NCBI RefSeq assembly: GCF_001194135.2
Contig: NC_068995.1
Span: 46,487,330 to 46,550,889, forward strand
From: Octopus bimaculoides
Lineage: Eukaryota
Direction of reading: 5' to 3'
Length of the DNA: 63,560 nt
Part shown: positions 25,080-37,210 of the stretch, piece by piece
How the letters are laid out: each line of letters starts with the position of its first letter
How positions within the stretch are numbered: the first letter of the stretch is position 1
Translations under genes and position numbers: made by a program
The notes under the pieces: generated by a model
Told to the model about the DNA's origin: nothing
The model's database searches: none
Seen by the model: the letters and a program-made list of their open reading frames with translations, nothing else

Positions 25080-25121
25080 GCCTCTGAAAAAAAATAATTA
25101 TAATTATTATTACTAAGTCAA

Positions 25122-25770
25122 TGAGATAGGATGGTCGTTAGCACGCCGGATAAGATACTTAGCGATATTTCTTCTGGCTCTATGTTCTGCGTTCAATTTC
25201 TCATGAGGTCGTCGTTGCTGTATATTATTTCGGGGTTGATGAAATAAGTACCAATTAAAAGCTGGGTCGAAGTAATCGACTAATCCCTTCCCACAAAAAT
25301 TCCAGATTTCGTGCCTATTGTAAAACGAATTTAAACAGAGCTGACAGAATTGTTAATACACTGGACAAAAATGATTAGATGCATTTTTTCCGATATTTTA
25401 AGTCAAATCTCGCCGCGGTCAACTTTGCCTCTCATCTATTCATGAGTCGATAAAAAAAGTATCTTTTGAGCATTGAGGTCAATGAAATAAACTAATTCCG
25501 TTACCCAGCTAGCCATTCTCACAGCACCACCCGCCTCGAAAAAGAAAACAAAACGAGATACTGTGCTTATATTACCTAGCAGAGTTCTTAATGCGTTGGA
25601 CAAAAGGCTTAGAGGCATCTTTTCCGGTTCTACGGTCTGAATTCAAATTCGACTTTGCCTTTCATCTTTTCGGACTCGATAAATTAGAGTACTAATCAAG
25701 TACTGTGTTTTATTTAATCGACTTACACTCATCTTCACTAAAATTGTTGGCCTTGTGCCATAATTAAAAA
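25122..25770 (+). mobile_element. Three tandem degenerate SINE family A copies (25122-25330, 25338-25463, 25576-25770)
   Basis: Each has variants of GTTAGCACGCCGG / GTCGACTTTGCCTTTCATC / TAATCGACT. Confidence 0.75.
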
Positions 25771-25786
25771 GCATACTTGTTGTTGA

Positions 25787-25844
<58 letters not shown>

Positions 25845-26224
25845 TATGGAATTAATCTTATCGTGAAAACTACCGTGCATAAACGTTTAATTATTATTAG
25901 GATCTGTTTTTAAAGAAATATAAGATGAAATGCTAGATAAGTATATATTTATTAATACTGCTAACCAAATTATCTATAATAACAGGAGGATTACTAGAAG
26001 CTATATTTACGCGCTCCGCATTCTTGTTTGGTTTCTTAAATAGATAAAATATTTTGATATCTGAATTTATGGTAAAATCTAAAAAAATAACAGAGTATAA
26101 GTTAGTATTAATAGTAATCTTTTGGTCTGATTCATTAGATAATGCTATGAATATTATTCTGAAAATAAATCTGATGAAATTCTCTCTGAATAGTGTATGG
26201 ATGTATGTTATGTATGTTTGCATG

Positions 26225-26451
26225 AACGAGCGTTTGTATATATTTTCTCTTTTTCTTTTAAATTTAGAATATATTTTGACCGGCCACTTAGTAGCAAGGT
26301 TGTGAACGAAAGCATTTTGTTCTGTTCATCATCCATTAAGTCTTAAGAAGGTCTTGGAGATTTTCATAGTCTCGGTTATTGTGATCATTTGCAGTGCATG
26401 AATTAAGGAATTACCTTATCTTCCCAGTTCAGCCATAATTTGCTCCAGACA
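26225..26451 (-). mobile_element. RLE-type LINE (R4/Dong-like) 3' end, copy 3
   Basis: Minus strand 26451-26329: CLEQIMAELGR*GNSLIHALQMITITETMKISKTFLRLNG*, aligning with the C-termini of copies 1 and 2; degenerate CATA tail at about 26193-26225 and (TATG)n on the 5' side. Confidence 0.6.
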
Positions 26452-26630
26452 GCTATGTATGTATGTATGTATGTATGTATGTATGTATATATGTATGTAT
26501 GTATGTATATATGTATGTATGTATGTATGTATGTCTGCATGTATGTATGTATGTATGTATGTATAAATCCATAGTTTCTTCCGAGAAGTCTTCTTCTATA
26601 ACACAGTGCTCCGTTCAGGTTGAGTAAGTC

Positions 26631-26805
26631 GTAGAGCTGGCAGGATCAACGCGCAGCGGTATTTCGTCTGTCTTTACGTTTTGAGTTCAAATTCCGCCGA
26701 GGTCGACTTTGACTTTCATCCTTTCAGGGTCGACAAATTAAGTACCAGTTGCGTACAGGAGTCGATCTAATCGACTGGCCTCCCCCCCTCCCCCAAAATA
26801 AATTT
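26631..26805 (+). mobile_element. SINE family A with deletion in the head
   Basis: GAGCTGGCAGG..GCGGTATTTCGTCTGTCTTTACGTTTTGAGTTCAAATTCCGCCGAGGTCGAC...TAATCGACTGGCC. Confidence 0.85.
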
Positions 26806-26815
26806 CGAACACATC

Positions 26816-26860
26816 TGTCACTGACGAACCCATGCGAGGTTGAAATTACGTGATCTGGCA
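26816..26860 (+). ncRNA. Type I hammerhead-like motif
   Basis: UGUCA-CUGACGA-ACC(CAUGCGA)GGU-U-GAAA-UUACGUGAU-C-UGGCA. Intact core, stem I 5 bp (UGUCA/UGGCA), near-palindromic helix III, AUC cleavage triplet; stem II weak (3 bp plus extra U). Confidence 0.55.
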
Positions 26861-27001
26861 ATTTCATTAGCCGTAACAGATGACTCTTGTCTCACCGATA
26901 TAATTTCAGATGCTTTTATTCTTCACCAGTCACCAGTCCATATGAGAGTTCCTCTCAAGGAAAGTAACGCAGCAATAGTGCAAGGTAATCAGGTATGAGG
27001 T

Positions 27002-27056
<55 letters not shown>

Positions 27057-28276
27057 GTGTCTTTATGTGTCTGTCTGTCTTTCTATCTACCTATCTGTCA
27101 ATCTATACATTCCTGCATAATACAAATACACATATATATGCACGTACATACATATACGTAAATATAGTCCGTTTGATAGCAACAACCTATCAGTGGTACT
27201 GTTAAAATATACAAAACGTTCATGAAGTGCAGCTGTAATAAGATCTACATTTGCAATGTCCTCTATGCCTACGCCTGTGTATATACACGCTCTTACATAT
27301 GTGTACGTCTACATCTGTTCATGCACGCACGCGCGCGCGCAGACACACACACGCGCATATACATACTTGCATACATGCGTAGATGTATTCATGCGTACAA
27401 AACGATTCTGTTTGATGTTATCTCAATTCCAGCAGAAGAATCTTGTTTCTAGGTTAGAAATCGATTCCTCCATTGGAGAGGAATTTGCAAATTACTATTT
27501 GACAATCATTAATTGCGTACAAGGATATTATATACGATAACTTTGATAAGCACCTATATAGTTATGTGAAAATATAATCTGCAGTGGGGCCTCTAGCTCG
27601 GGATTACTTAATTTCATGACACAACTGCTGAATTGTAGAAAAATATATATTCCTATTTAGAAAAGACGCAAACGAACTATTATCAGCGTGAAGAATTTAT
27701 TCTAAATATTAGAAATCCGATAGAATAAGCTTAATTTTTTAAAAAAAGGTGGAAGAAATTATAGCTGTATTAAAAGTACATGTGTATGACAACGAAGCAG
27801 AATATCTACGTAAGCTAAAATAGAATTTAGTTTCACAAGTTTCTTATTTATTAATACTCATCAGAGATTGCTTGTGTAGTATCCCTACAGCCTGTGTCAG
27901 TCAAGTTAGATCGTTAACTACATATATGCATTTATCTTCCGTATTCTTTCTGGTTATCAGTTTTCACTTAAGGTATTAATCAGTCTGAGGCTATAAAGAA
28001 GACACTTCCCCAAGGTGCCACTCTGTGGGATAGAATTCAGACGCACATGATCATAATGCGAAATTATTAAGCATACAACTATGCCTGTGCCTTTTATGTT
28101 TTTTTTTCTTTTTGCTTAAACTCCACAACTCAGGTATTTTTTGTGATATGAACATAAGGATATAATACAACATATTGGTATTCATTAAAACTCAACCAAC
28201 GTATTTGTAAGATGACAGTATATTACAGATGATATCCGTCTGTTTTATATATGTATATAGATATTATAATCGTTCC

Positions 28277-28434
28277 GAGTGGCTGTGTGGTAAGTAGCTT
28301 GCTTACCAACCACATGGTTCCGGGTTCAGTCCCACTGAGTGGCATCTTGGGCAAGTGTCTTCTACTATAGCCTCGGACCGACCAAAGCCTTGTGAGTGGA
28401 TTTGCTAGACGGAAACTGAAAGAAGCCTGTCGTA

Positions 28435-28475
<41 letters not shown>

Positions 28476-28587
28476 GCGTGTATATGTTTGTGTGTTTGTG
28501 CTTGTCCCCCCAACATCGCTTGACAACCGATGGTGGTGTGTTTACGTCCCCGTAACCTAGCGGTTCGGCAAAAGAGACCGATAGAAT
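28277..28587 (+). mobile_element. SINE family B (young copy, 3' end in gap)
   Basis: GAGTGGCTGTGTGGTAAGTAGCTTGCTTACCAACCACATGGTTCCGGGTTCAGTCCCACTG..GGCATCTTGGGCAAGTGTC..; internal (TA)/(TG)n. Confidence 0.92.
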
Positions 28588-29191
28588 NNNNNNNNNNNNN
28601 NNNNNNNNNNNNNNNNNNNNNNNNNNNNNNNNNNNNNNNNNNNNNNNNNNNNNNNNNNNNNNNNNNNNNNNNNNNNNNNNNNNNNNNNNNNNNNNNNNNN
28701 NNNNNNNNNNNNNNNNNNNNNNNNNNNNNNNNNNNNNNNNNNNNNNNNNNNNNNNNNNNNNNNNNNNNNNNNNNNNNNNNNNNNNNNNNNNNNNNNNNNN
28801 NNNNNNNNNNNNNNNNNNNNNNNNNNNNNNNNNNNNNNNNNNNNNNNNNNNNNNNNNNNNNNNNNNNNNNNNNNNNNNNNNNNNNNNNNNNNNNNNNNNN
28901 NNNNNNNNNNNNNNNNNNNNNNNNNNNNNNNNNNNNNNNNNNNNNNNNNNNNNNNNNNNNNNNNNNNNNNNNNNNNNNNNNNNNNNNNNNNNNNNNNNNN
29001 NNNNNNNNNNNNNNNNNNNNNNNNNNNNNNNNNNNNNNNNNNNNNNNNNNNNNNNNNNNNNNNNNNNNNNNNNNNNNNNNNNNNNNNNNNNNNNNNNNNN
29101 NNNNNNNNNNNNNNNNNNNNNNNNNNNNNNNNNNNNNNNNNNNNNNNNNNNNNNNNNNNNNNNNNNNNNNNNNNNNNNNNNNNNNNNNNNN

Positions 29192-29249
<58 letters not shown>

Positions 29250-29968
29250 CTTCTATTTCTAATTATTTCAAGTTTTCCTTCTTTATGTAAAAGAGCTAAA
29301 TTCTTTCCCTGGGATATAGATAATTAATGTCACATTTTGAAATCCAGAAATGTCTTGCATATTTTCATTGTTCCACTTACAGATTTTATTTGTAATGAGC
29401 GAATTAGCTGGTTGGTTTCTTTTTCTGAAAACCAATGCTTATCCAGATTATCTCTCTTAGGCATTCACTTGGGAAAGCAAAAGCACCAATTATTACTGCT
29501 GTAACGTAAACTTATAAACTGGGTGTAGAAGCAGTTGTCCTCACTTATCCACTTTCTATTTAAGTAAGACTGTATATTTAAAAGTCTGATCTTCTCTTCA
29601 TGTGAGAGAGTGACTACGTATGTATGTGTCTGCGTGTATGTTTCCATTCAAGATTAATGGTCTTGTGTTTCATCAGTGGTATTAAACATATACTTATAAA
29701 ATTGTAGTGTTATGTTCGCTTATTTCAATTCAGCTGAAATATAGTTATGCTTGCTTTGAAATTTGTACGATAATTTATAAAACATGAAACTTTAGATGGT
29801 ATAAAATGAGTCTGTTGTTGTCGTTCTTATTGTCGTCACTTTCGTAATGTATTGCCTATTATGTTATTTAGTCTCACATTAACACTCTACATATATATCT
29901 AACACTTTACACATATATCTGTATATATATGTATATATATATGTGCATATATGTATGTGAGTATATAC

Positions 29969-30005
<37 letters not shown>

Positions 30006-30428
30006 NNNNNNNNNNNNNNNNNNNNNNNNNNNNNNNNNNNNNNNNNNNNNNNNNNNNNNNNNNNNNNNNNNNNNNNNNNNNNNNNNNNNNNNNNNNNNNN
30101 NNNNNNNNNNNNNNNNNNNNNNNNNNNNNNNNNNNNNNNNNNNNNNNNNNNNNNNNNNNNNNNNNNNNNNNNNNNNNNNNNNNNNNNNNNNNNNNNNNNN
30201 NNNNNNNNNNNNNNNNNNNNNNNNNNNNNNNNNNNNNNNNNNNNNNNNNNNNNNNNNNNNNNNNNNNNNNNNNNNNNNNNNNNNNNNNNNNNNNNNNNNN
30301 NNNNNNNNNNNNNNNNNNNNNNNNNNNNNNNNNNNNNNNNNNNNNNNNNNNNNNNNNNNNNNNNNNNNNNNNNNNNNNNNNNNNNNNNNNNNNNNNNNNN
30401 NNNNNNNNNNNNNNNNNNNNNNNNNNNN

Positions 30429-30492
<64 letters not shown>

Positions 30493-31391
30493 GGATGCAT
30501 ATTTGTTGCCCAGCCGAACGTCTATACAGATATTGATATCACAGGAAAGATTACTGTAACTTGGTACAATATTAAAAGTCTATAGTCAGAACACACACAT
30601 GAACACACACACACAAACACACACACGCAAACACTCACACGCAAACACACACGCACGCAAACGCATGCATACATACACACACGTACGCATGCATAAACGC
30701 ACAGCCACACCCATACACACAACATACGTTCCACACATAAACAGAAACACGTATTCAGAAAACACTCAACACAAACAAAAATGCGAAAACTATTAATGCT
30801 AGAAGTCTATTGGACGGAGTTGTATAACCAAACAATACTGGATATAGTTTCGATCGGAACAAACTTGTTGACATGTGTATATATAGACAAAAATTCAAAT
30901 GCGTATACATAATATGTACATATATGTATAAACAAATTTATGCCTATAAGTATGTATGCATGTATGCATGTATGTATGTGTGTATGTATGTATGTATGTA
31001 TGTATGCATCCCTCCTCTCTCTCTCTCTCTCCTCTCTCTCCTCNNNNNNNNNNNNNNNNNNNNNNNNNNNNNNNNNNNNNNNNNNNNNNNNNNNNNNNNN
31101 NNNNNNNNNNNNNNNNNNNNNNNNNNNNNNNNNNNNNNNNNNNNNNNNNNNNNNNNNNNNNNNNNNNNNNNNNNNNNNNNNNNNNNNNNNNNNNNNNNNN
31201 NNNNNNNNNNNNNNNNNNNNNNNNNNNNNNNNNNNNNNNNNNNNNNNNNNNNNNNNNNNNNNNNNNNNNNNNNNNNNNNNNNNNNNNNNNNNNNNNNNNN
31301 NNNNNNNNNNNNNNNNNNNNNNNNNNNNNNNNNNNNNNNNNNNNNNNNNNNNNNNNNACACAAATAAGTACATACATACAGCCCCCCACCA

Positions 31392-31435
<44 letters not shown>

Positions 31436-31489
31436 GACGAGCTTCTATCAGTATAAATTGTTAATATTTTCAGAGGGAAGAGTGAGTGG

Positions 31490-31650
31490 TTTAAGGTCGA
31501 TTGGCTGTTGCTTCTAGCATATCCAAAGACAGCCCTCCTCGTTTCCAAACCGAAATATCGCATGACAGTGTTGCATTCAAGAGCTTCCTTGCCAAACCCC
31601 ACTCCTTACTACGTCATTTCTTTCATGTAGATTTCTCTCATGTAGTACTG
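31490..31650 (-). repeat. Dispersed repeat family F (GCTAGAA(A/G)(T/C)A(G/A)CAGCCAA motif), possible RTE-derived 3' segment
   Basis: Same motif at 46295-46500 (+), about 55485 (+), 37270-37330 (-) and 61305-61375 (-); class uncertain. Confidence 0.4.
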
Positions 31651-31689
31651 TTGAGCGCCCCCAGAGTCCTATGTAGTTCCTATGTCTGC

Positions 31690-31857
31690 TGATTGTTCAG
31701 CGTGGGTAGTCCTTCAGTTGAATTAGCCCTTCATTTACTCCACAAATGTTTTGTCGTCAAAGCTGCACTTCCTCGTATCACATCTTTCAACTTAACTGTA
31801 CCACATATACAAACTATGCCATTTCATTCCTGAGCAACGCCGGTTATGTCTGCTAGT
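31690..31857 (+). mobile_element. Probable Helitron 3' terminus
   Basis: Ends ...GAGCAACGCCGGTTATGTCTGCTAG|T: a degenerate GC hairpin about 10 nt before CTAG (31853-31856) followed by T, the canonical Helitron 3' signature; 5' boundary unknown. Confidence 0.55.
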
Positions 31858-32075
31858 ATCTGTTAAAATGAGATGTCAGTGTTATTTTCATTTTTGCGTA
31901 ATTTGGACGACAATTTATTCACCGCACCCTGTATATTTCTGTTTAGATTTATACATGTGCATATACATATGTACGCAAATACACATATACATATATATAT
32001 ATACATATATACGAGTACACACACTCACGTGATTATACATGTACACAGACACACACACACACACATATATATGTA

Positions 32076-32140
<65 letters not shown>

Positions 32141-32913
32141 GTGTATACACATACATGCACAAGCAGATTCATGCGCATAACTTTATTGAAAGATAAGTAA
32201 ATAGATACATACATAGTTACATTTATACGCACTCATACACATACTCATATACATCTCAATTATGCTCTTTATTTTATTAGTATTAATTAGTCTAGTGTTT
32301 GGCCTTGTTTTTAATCTCCAAAGCAGTGTCTAGCTCAGTTTTATAGTTTTCAATTACAACAATACACTAGACCTTTACAGCCTATTCACAAATAAGTATT
32401 TCGACAAGTAACAGCTTTTGTATTTATCGAATGGGCCCAAGTGCCGAGAATGCTGTAAATTACTTTACAAGACGAAACATGAAAATCGAACCCTGTTCTA
32501 AAATAAATCAGAATCTGTAGTTATTGTTGCAGAATAGTTTCATTTTACAAGTTTATCGTGCGCGCACGAGCACACAGATACAGACACACGCAGACACATG
32601 CACCACTCACCCACAAACACCCCGTCCAGAATAAGATGAGGTATGAACTTTATTCTTCTATATTTATTATTCTATCTACTGTAAATTCTCCGTCAGGAAC
32701 TTTCCTGCATACACACCTTGTCTCTGATGGCGGAATAATCAGTCTGTGGGGGTGTTGATACATTACTTGGGATATCCCAGAAACAGCTGTAAGACAAGAT
32801 TTCTGCTTCTCGTTTTTTGATTCAACTTTAATTAGATATCCTAAATGACCTGATATTTTCGTCCTGATTTGTTTCTGCTTCCCTTTAATATATATATGTT
32901 TATATATACGTGA

Positions 32914-33126
32914 AAGCGGCGAGCTGGCAAAAACGTTAACAAGCCAGGCGAAATGCCTAGTGGTATTTCGTGTGTCTTTACGTTCTGAGTTGTAATTCCA
33001 CCGAGGTCGACTTTGCTTTTGTTGTTTGGTTTCGATAAATTAAGTACCAGTTGCGTACTGGGGTCGATATAATCGACTGGTCCCTTCTCCAAAATTTCGG
33101 GCCTTGTGCCTAGAGTAGAAAAGAAC
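32914..33126 (+). mobile_element. SINE family A, full length
   Basis: AGCGGCGAGCTGGCAAAAACGTT...GAGGTCGACTTTGC...AATTTCGGGCCTTGTGCCTAGAGTAGAAAAGAA. Confidence 0.9.
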
Positions 33127-33159
33127 ATATATATATATATGTGTGTGTATGTGATATGA

Positions 33160-33450
33160 TATGACTTCTCCTTTCGAGGACGTCGTACGAGCGTTCAGTT
33201 TTTTGCTGAACCATCGCACAAATAATTTCTTTACAAAGATCAAACGTATGTACGGTACATAGCTCACTCCCTCCAGCAAATCAACGTGTTGCCTGAACAT
33301 GCATACGGTGTACCATGCGTCAGATGTCGAAGAGATGGTAGAACAACACGAGATGATGCGTTTTTGCTCAGGACACAACGTCCAAGAAATGAAACCACTA
33401 CCTGGTGAGGTTTCAAGGCCTGACGTTTTAAAACGTTTGAACTCCGAGTT
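33160..33450 (-). mobile_element. SINE-like element (family E) with TTGTGTCC(T)GAGCAA box
   Basis: Minus strand: degenerate tRNA head (GTAGTGGTTTCATTTC), GACGTTGTGTCCTGAGCAAAAACGC, then a unique 3' body. Confidence 0.55.
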
Positions 33451-34237
33451 ACACTTCGGAAACCCCACTTTCGCCTAGGTACAATACCACACTTCGCCTC
33501 TACTTGATTACTCGTTTCTCGTATTTGTATCCTTAATGTATACCCGTTCATGGTTTGTATGCGTCCAGCTGTGACCACTCTCGATAGAATTAGGCCTAAA
33601 CATTCGGGCCAAATCTCCGCCGTCACTTCCATCAGTTTCGAAAGACCTGCAAATGTTGACAGGAAATGTCACCTCTGCTGAATAAGGAAATATTGGATAA
33701 AGGCACATCAAACAAATACACACGCATGCGTTAGAAGGCCTACTTCAATAAACAATTTAGGAATATACGAGCATGTCAATGTCTGTTTTAATTGCGAGCA
33801 TTTTCTGTTATTGCATTCAAATTACAGATGATTTCTCTTGAAACTGATTACTCAAAACACACCCTTAATTATTGCATTTTAATTATCATACTTTTATATA
33901 ACATAATACAGATACACACATACACACAAAATACGCACAAACGCAATACGAAACATGACCAAAATACGCACGCACATATTGTGAGATACATTATCTCACA
34001 CTCACACCCACACGCACACACAGACACACAGACACATATAGACACTAACACACAGACAGGAAAGGTTAAAAACTCACTACATGAAGAAGGAGAGTTAATT
34101 ACAATAATAATAGAAGTACCGGGGTTTTAACTGGGAGTAAACAACTATGGAAAGCCAATCTGAGTTATTGCAACACATTAAAGCACAAATATGTTTATAT
34201 ATATATATATATGTATGTGCGTACACACAGACACACA

Positions 34238-34356
<119 letters not shown>

Positions 34357-34374
34357 GCACACACACACATATAT

Positions 34375-34778
34375 TGGCTGCGAGGTAGGAAGCTTGCTTC
34401 CCAATAAATAACATGGTCTCGAGTTCAGTCCCATTACTTGACACCTTGGCAAGACACCTTCTACCATAGACTCGAGCCGAACAAAACCTTGTGAATGGAT
34501 ATGGCAGACGGAAACTGAAAGAAGCCCGTTTTACACGCATGCTTACATGCACACACATATTTGTGTGTCTGTGTTTGTCACCCCACTATCGCTTGGCTAC
34601 CGATGCTTCTGTGTTTACGTCCCCATAACATAGCGGTTCGGCAAAAAAAACCCGATAGAATATAGAATAAGTACCAGACTTAAAAAGAATAAGTCCTGGG
34701 ATCGATTTGTTCGACTAAAGGCAGTGCTCCAACAGGGCCGCAGTCAAATTACTGAAACAAGTAAAAGAATTAAAGAAT
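34375..34778 (+). mobile_element. SINE family B, full length
   Basis: GGCTGCGAGGTAGGAAGCTTGCTTCCCAA...GAGTTCAGTCCC..ACACCTTGGCAAG...CAGTCAAATTACTGAAACAAGTAAAAGAAT. Confidence 0.9.
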
Positions 34779-35662
34779 ATATATATATATAAACGGTTCA
34801 AATGCTCTTCCTCGATTGATTGATTTATTAATTTTATGGTGGTTTGAGAACGAATGTCGCACGAAGTATGTGAGCATGTCACTAAAAATAATCATCCTGA
34901 ACATATTATGTAGAACAAACAATCGTAAACAAGCATACGGTTGTTAAAACACTAATAACTACATAAATATTTATACAAATATCTTCCCTTCTACGGAAAA
35001 ATTCAACGGATGCTAAAGTTTCTGAGCAGTTGACATCTTGAGAAATATCATTACAAGCTAAATGATCGCTAAAAAGAAAACGACGGTAGTTTGAAGATTT
35101 TAAACAAATTCTCTTTGAAAGTCTCTAAAACAAATTATATTCGGTTATGTACCCCCACTTATCCACACTCACATATACACGTATATACATACACGCAAAG
35201 ACACAAAAATGTAAATATAATTTTGTAATATGGTGCATTAAATACAACATGCAAGGATTTAATTAGAATTTATTATGATGTATTATAATCAAAGAAAAGC
35301 AGCAAGTGAGGGAATTATTTTTTCTGATACTGACGCTTGAAGGAGAGCTCATTGCTGTCTTTTACTATAACACTCACGATATCATAATAAAGTGCGCACA
35401 CTACGAAACGTTTAAACAATTGATGTTGCAAGACAGCACCAAAGACGTGGGAGCATTCACGCCTAGACCTTGCCGCTGCCCAATTCATATTGAGTGGAGT
35501 GGGTGAACATGACACAATGCACCAGCCAGTTGCAGATTCGAACAGACGACTGATGGATCTTAAATTAAGCACAGCCAACTCAAGGCTATGTGTCTTAATT
35601 TTCTGAGGAATATTCCTGGATACTTATAGAAATATATTGTTTGATATCTCTCAAAATACCCC

Positions 35663-35700
<38 letters not shown>

Positions 35701-36490
35701 TATATATATATATGCATGTGTGTGTGTGTGTGTGTGCTAGAATATACATATACACTTACACATATCTATAAATATAATNNNNNNNNNNNNNNNNNNNNNN
35801 NNNNNNNNNNNNNNNNNNNNNNNNNNNNNNNNNNNNNNNNNNNNNNNNNNNNNNNNNNNNNNNNNNNNNNNNNNNNNNNNNNNNNNNNNNNNNNNNNNNN
35901 NNNNNNNNNNNNNNNNNNNNNNNNNNNNNNNNNNNNNNNNNNNNNNNNNNNNNNNNNNNNNNNNNNNNNNNNNNNNNNNNNNNNNNNNNNNNNNNNNNNN
36001 NNNNNNNNNNNNNNNNNNNNNNNNNNNNNNNNNNNNNNNNNNNNNNNNNNNNNNNNNNNNNNNNNNNNNNNNNNNNNNNNNNNNNNNNNNNNNNNNNNNN
36101 NNNNNNNNNNNNNNNNNNNNNNNNNNNNNNNNNNNNNNNNNNNNNNNNNNNNNNNNNNNNNNNNNNNNNNNNNNNNNNNNNNNNNNNNNNNNNNNNNNNN
36201 NNNNNNNNNNNNNNNNNNNNNNNNNNNNNNNNNNNNNNNNNNNNNNNNNNNNNNNNNNNNNNNNNNNNNNNNNNNNNNNNNNNNNNNNNNNNNNNNNNNN
36301 NNNNNNNNNNNNNNNNNNNNNNNNNNNNNNNNNNNNNNNNNNNNNNNNNNNNNNNNNNNNNNNNNNNNNNNNNNNNNNNNNNNNNNNNNNNNNNNNNNNN
36401 NNNNNNNNNNNNNNNNNNNNGTATACATACACACACGTACACGTACAAATATCTATCTATCTATCTATTTATATTTCACCCACACACAAG

Positions 36491-36554
<64 letters not shown>

Positions 36555-37001
36555 TATTGTTTTTCTTTATTCAGTTCCTTTTTCCACTGGATTATTCCTT
36601 CTGAACTTACCCAGACTTCCTGCTTGAGTTGTTTTCGTAAGTTTTCTTCCGTTTATGTTTCGGCACATAGTCGAAAGAAACAGACTACCGTTGCGAAATT
36701 TCCTGTCACACGTCTTCAATATACGAATATATGGGTTCACACAATCCCAGCATTCAATAACAGCTTGATGTCATAAGGACGTTGTGGTAATACGACGCCT
36801 AATACAAAATTTCGGTTAATTAAAGTTTGACACTGTTTCGAAAATCCGCAAGAATGGAGTTAATCAGTGACATTGATGACAACTGAAAGTCATTAAGTCA
36901 ACCTAATATAGATTTAAATTTAGCAAAGTCAAGACTTTGAAAAAATATCCAAGCTTATCATTATTCTCTTCAAAAATTCATAAGGCATATGAAATACTAA
37001 A

Positions 37002-37210
37002 TTCAAATTTTGGTACAATGCCAGCAATTTCATGGCTTGGGTAAATCGATTACATCGATCCAAGTGCTCTACTGGCACTTATTTTATCGACTTCGAAAGG
37101 ATGAAAGGCAAAGTTAACTTCGACAGAATTTGAACTCAGAGCGTAAAGAAGGAAGAAATGCTGCTAAGTTTTTGGGCCGGTGTGCTAACGATTCTGCTAC
37201 CCCGCCGCCG
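37002..37210 (-). mobile_element. SINE family A
   Basis: TCAAATTTTGGTACAATGCCAGC...GGATGAAAGGCAAAGTT...GAATTTGAACTCAGAGCG...CGCCGCC; a further head fragment lies at 37537-37605. Confidence 0.85.

Noticed and set aside
29636-29680. Minus-strand CUGAUGA..CAAGA/UCUUG..GAAAC
   Set aside because: No helix III or NUH site and no stem I.
31780-31830. Minus-strand WYS*VERC resembling the RTE WYGHVxRM motif
   Set aside because: Too short, and it overlaps the probable Helitron end on the other strand.
33170-33400. Plus-strand peptide RDGRTTRDDA..SG resembling a mariner N-terminus
   Set aside because: The minus strand reads better as a SINE (tRNA-like head plus TTGTGTCC.GAGCAA box), and there are no TIRs.
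35603-35645. CUGAGGA...GAAAUAUAUU
   Set aside because: Stem II cannot form and stem I is absent.
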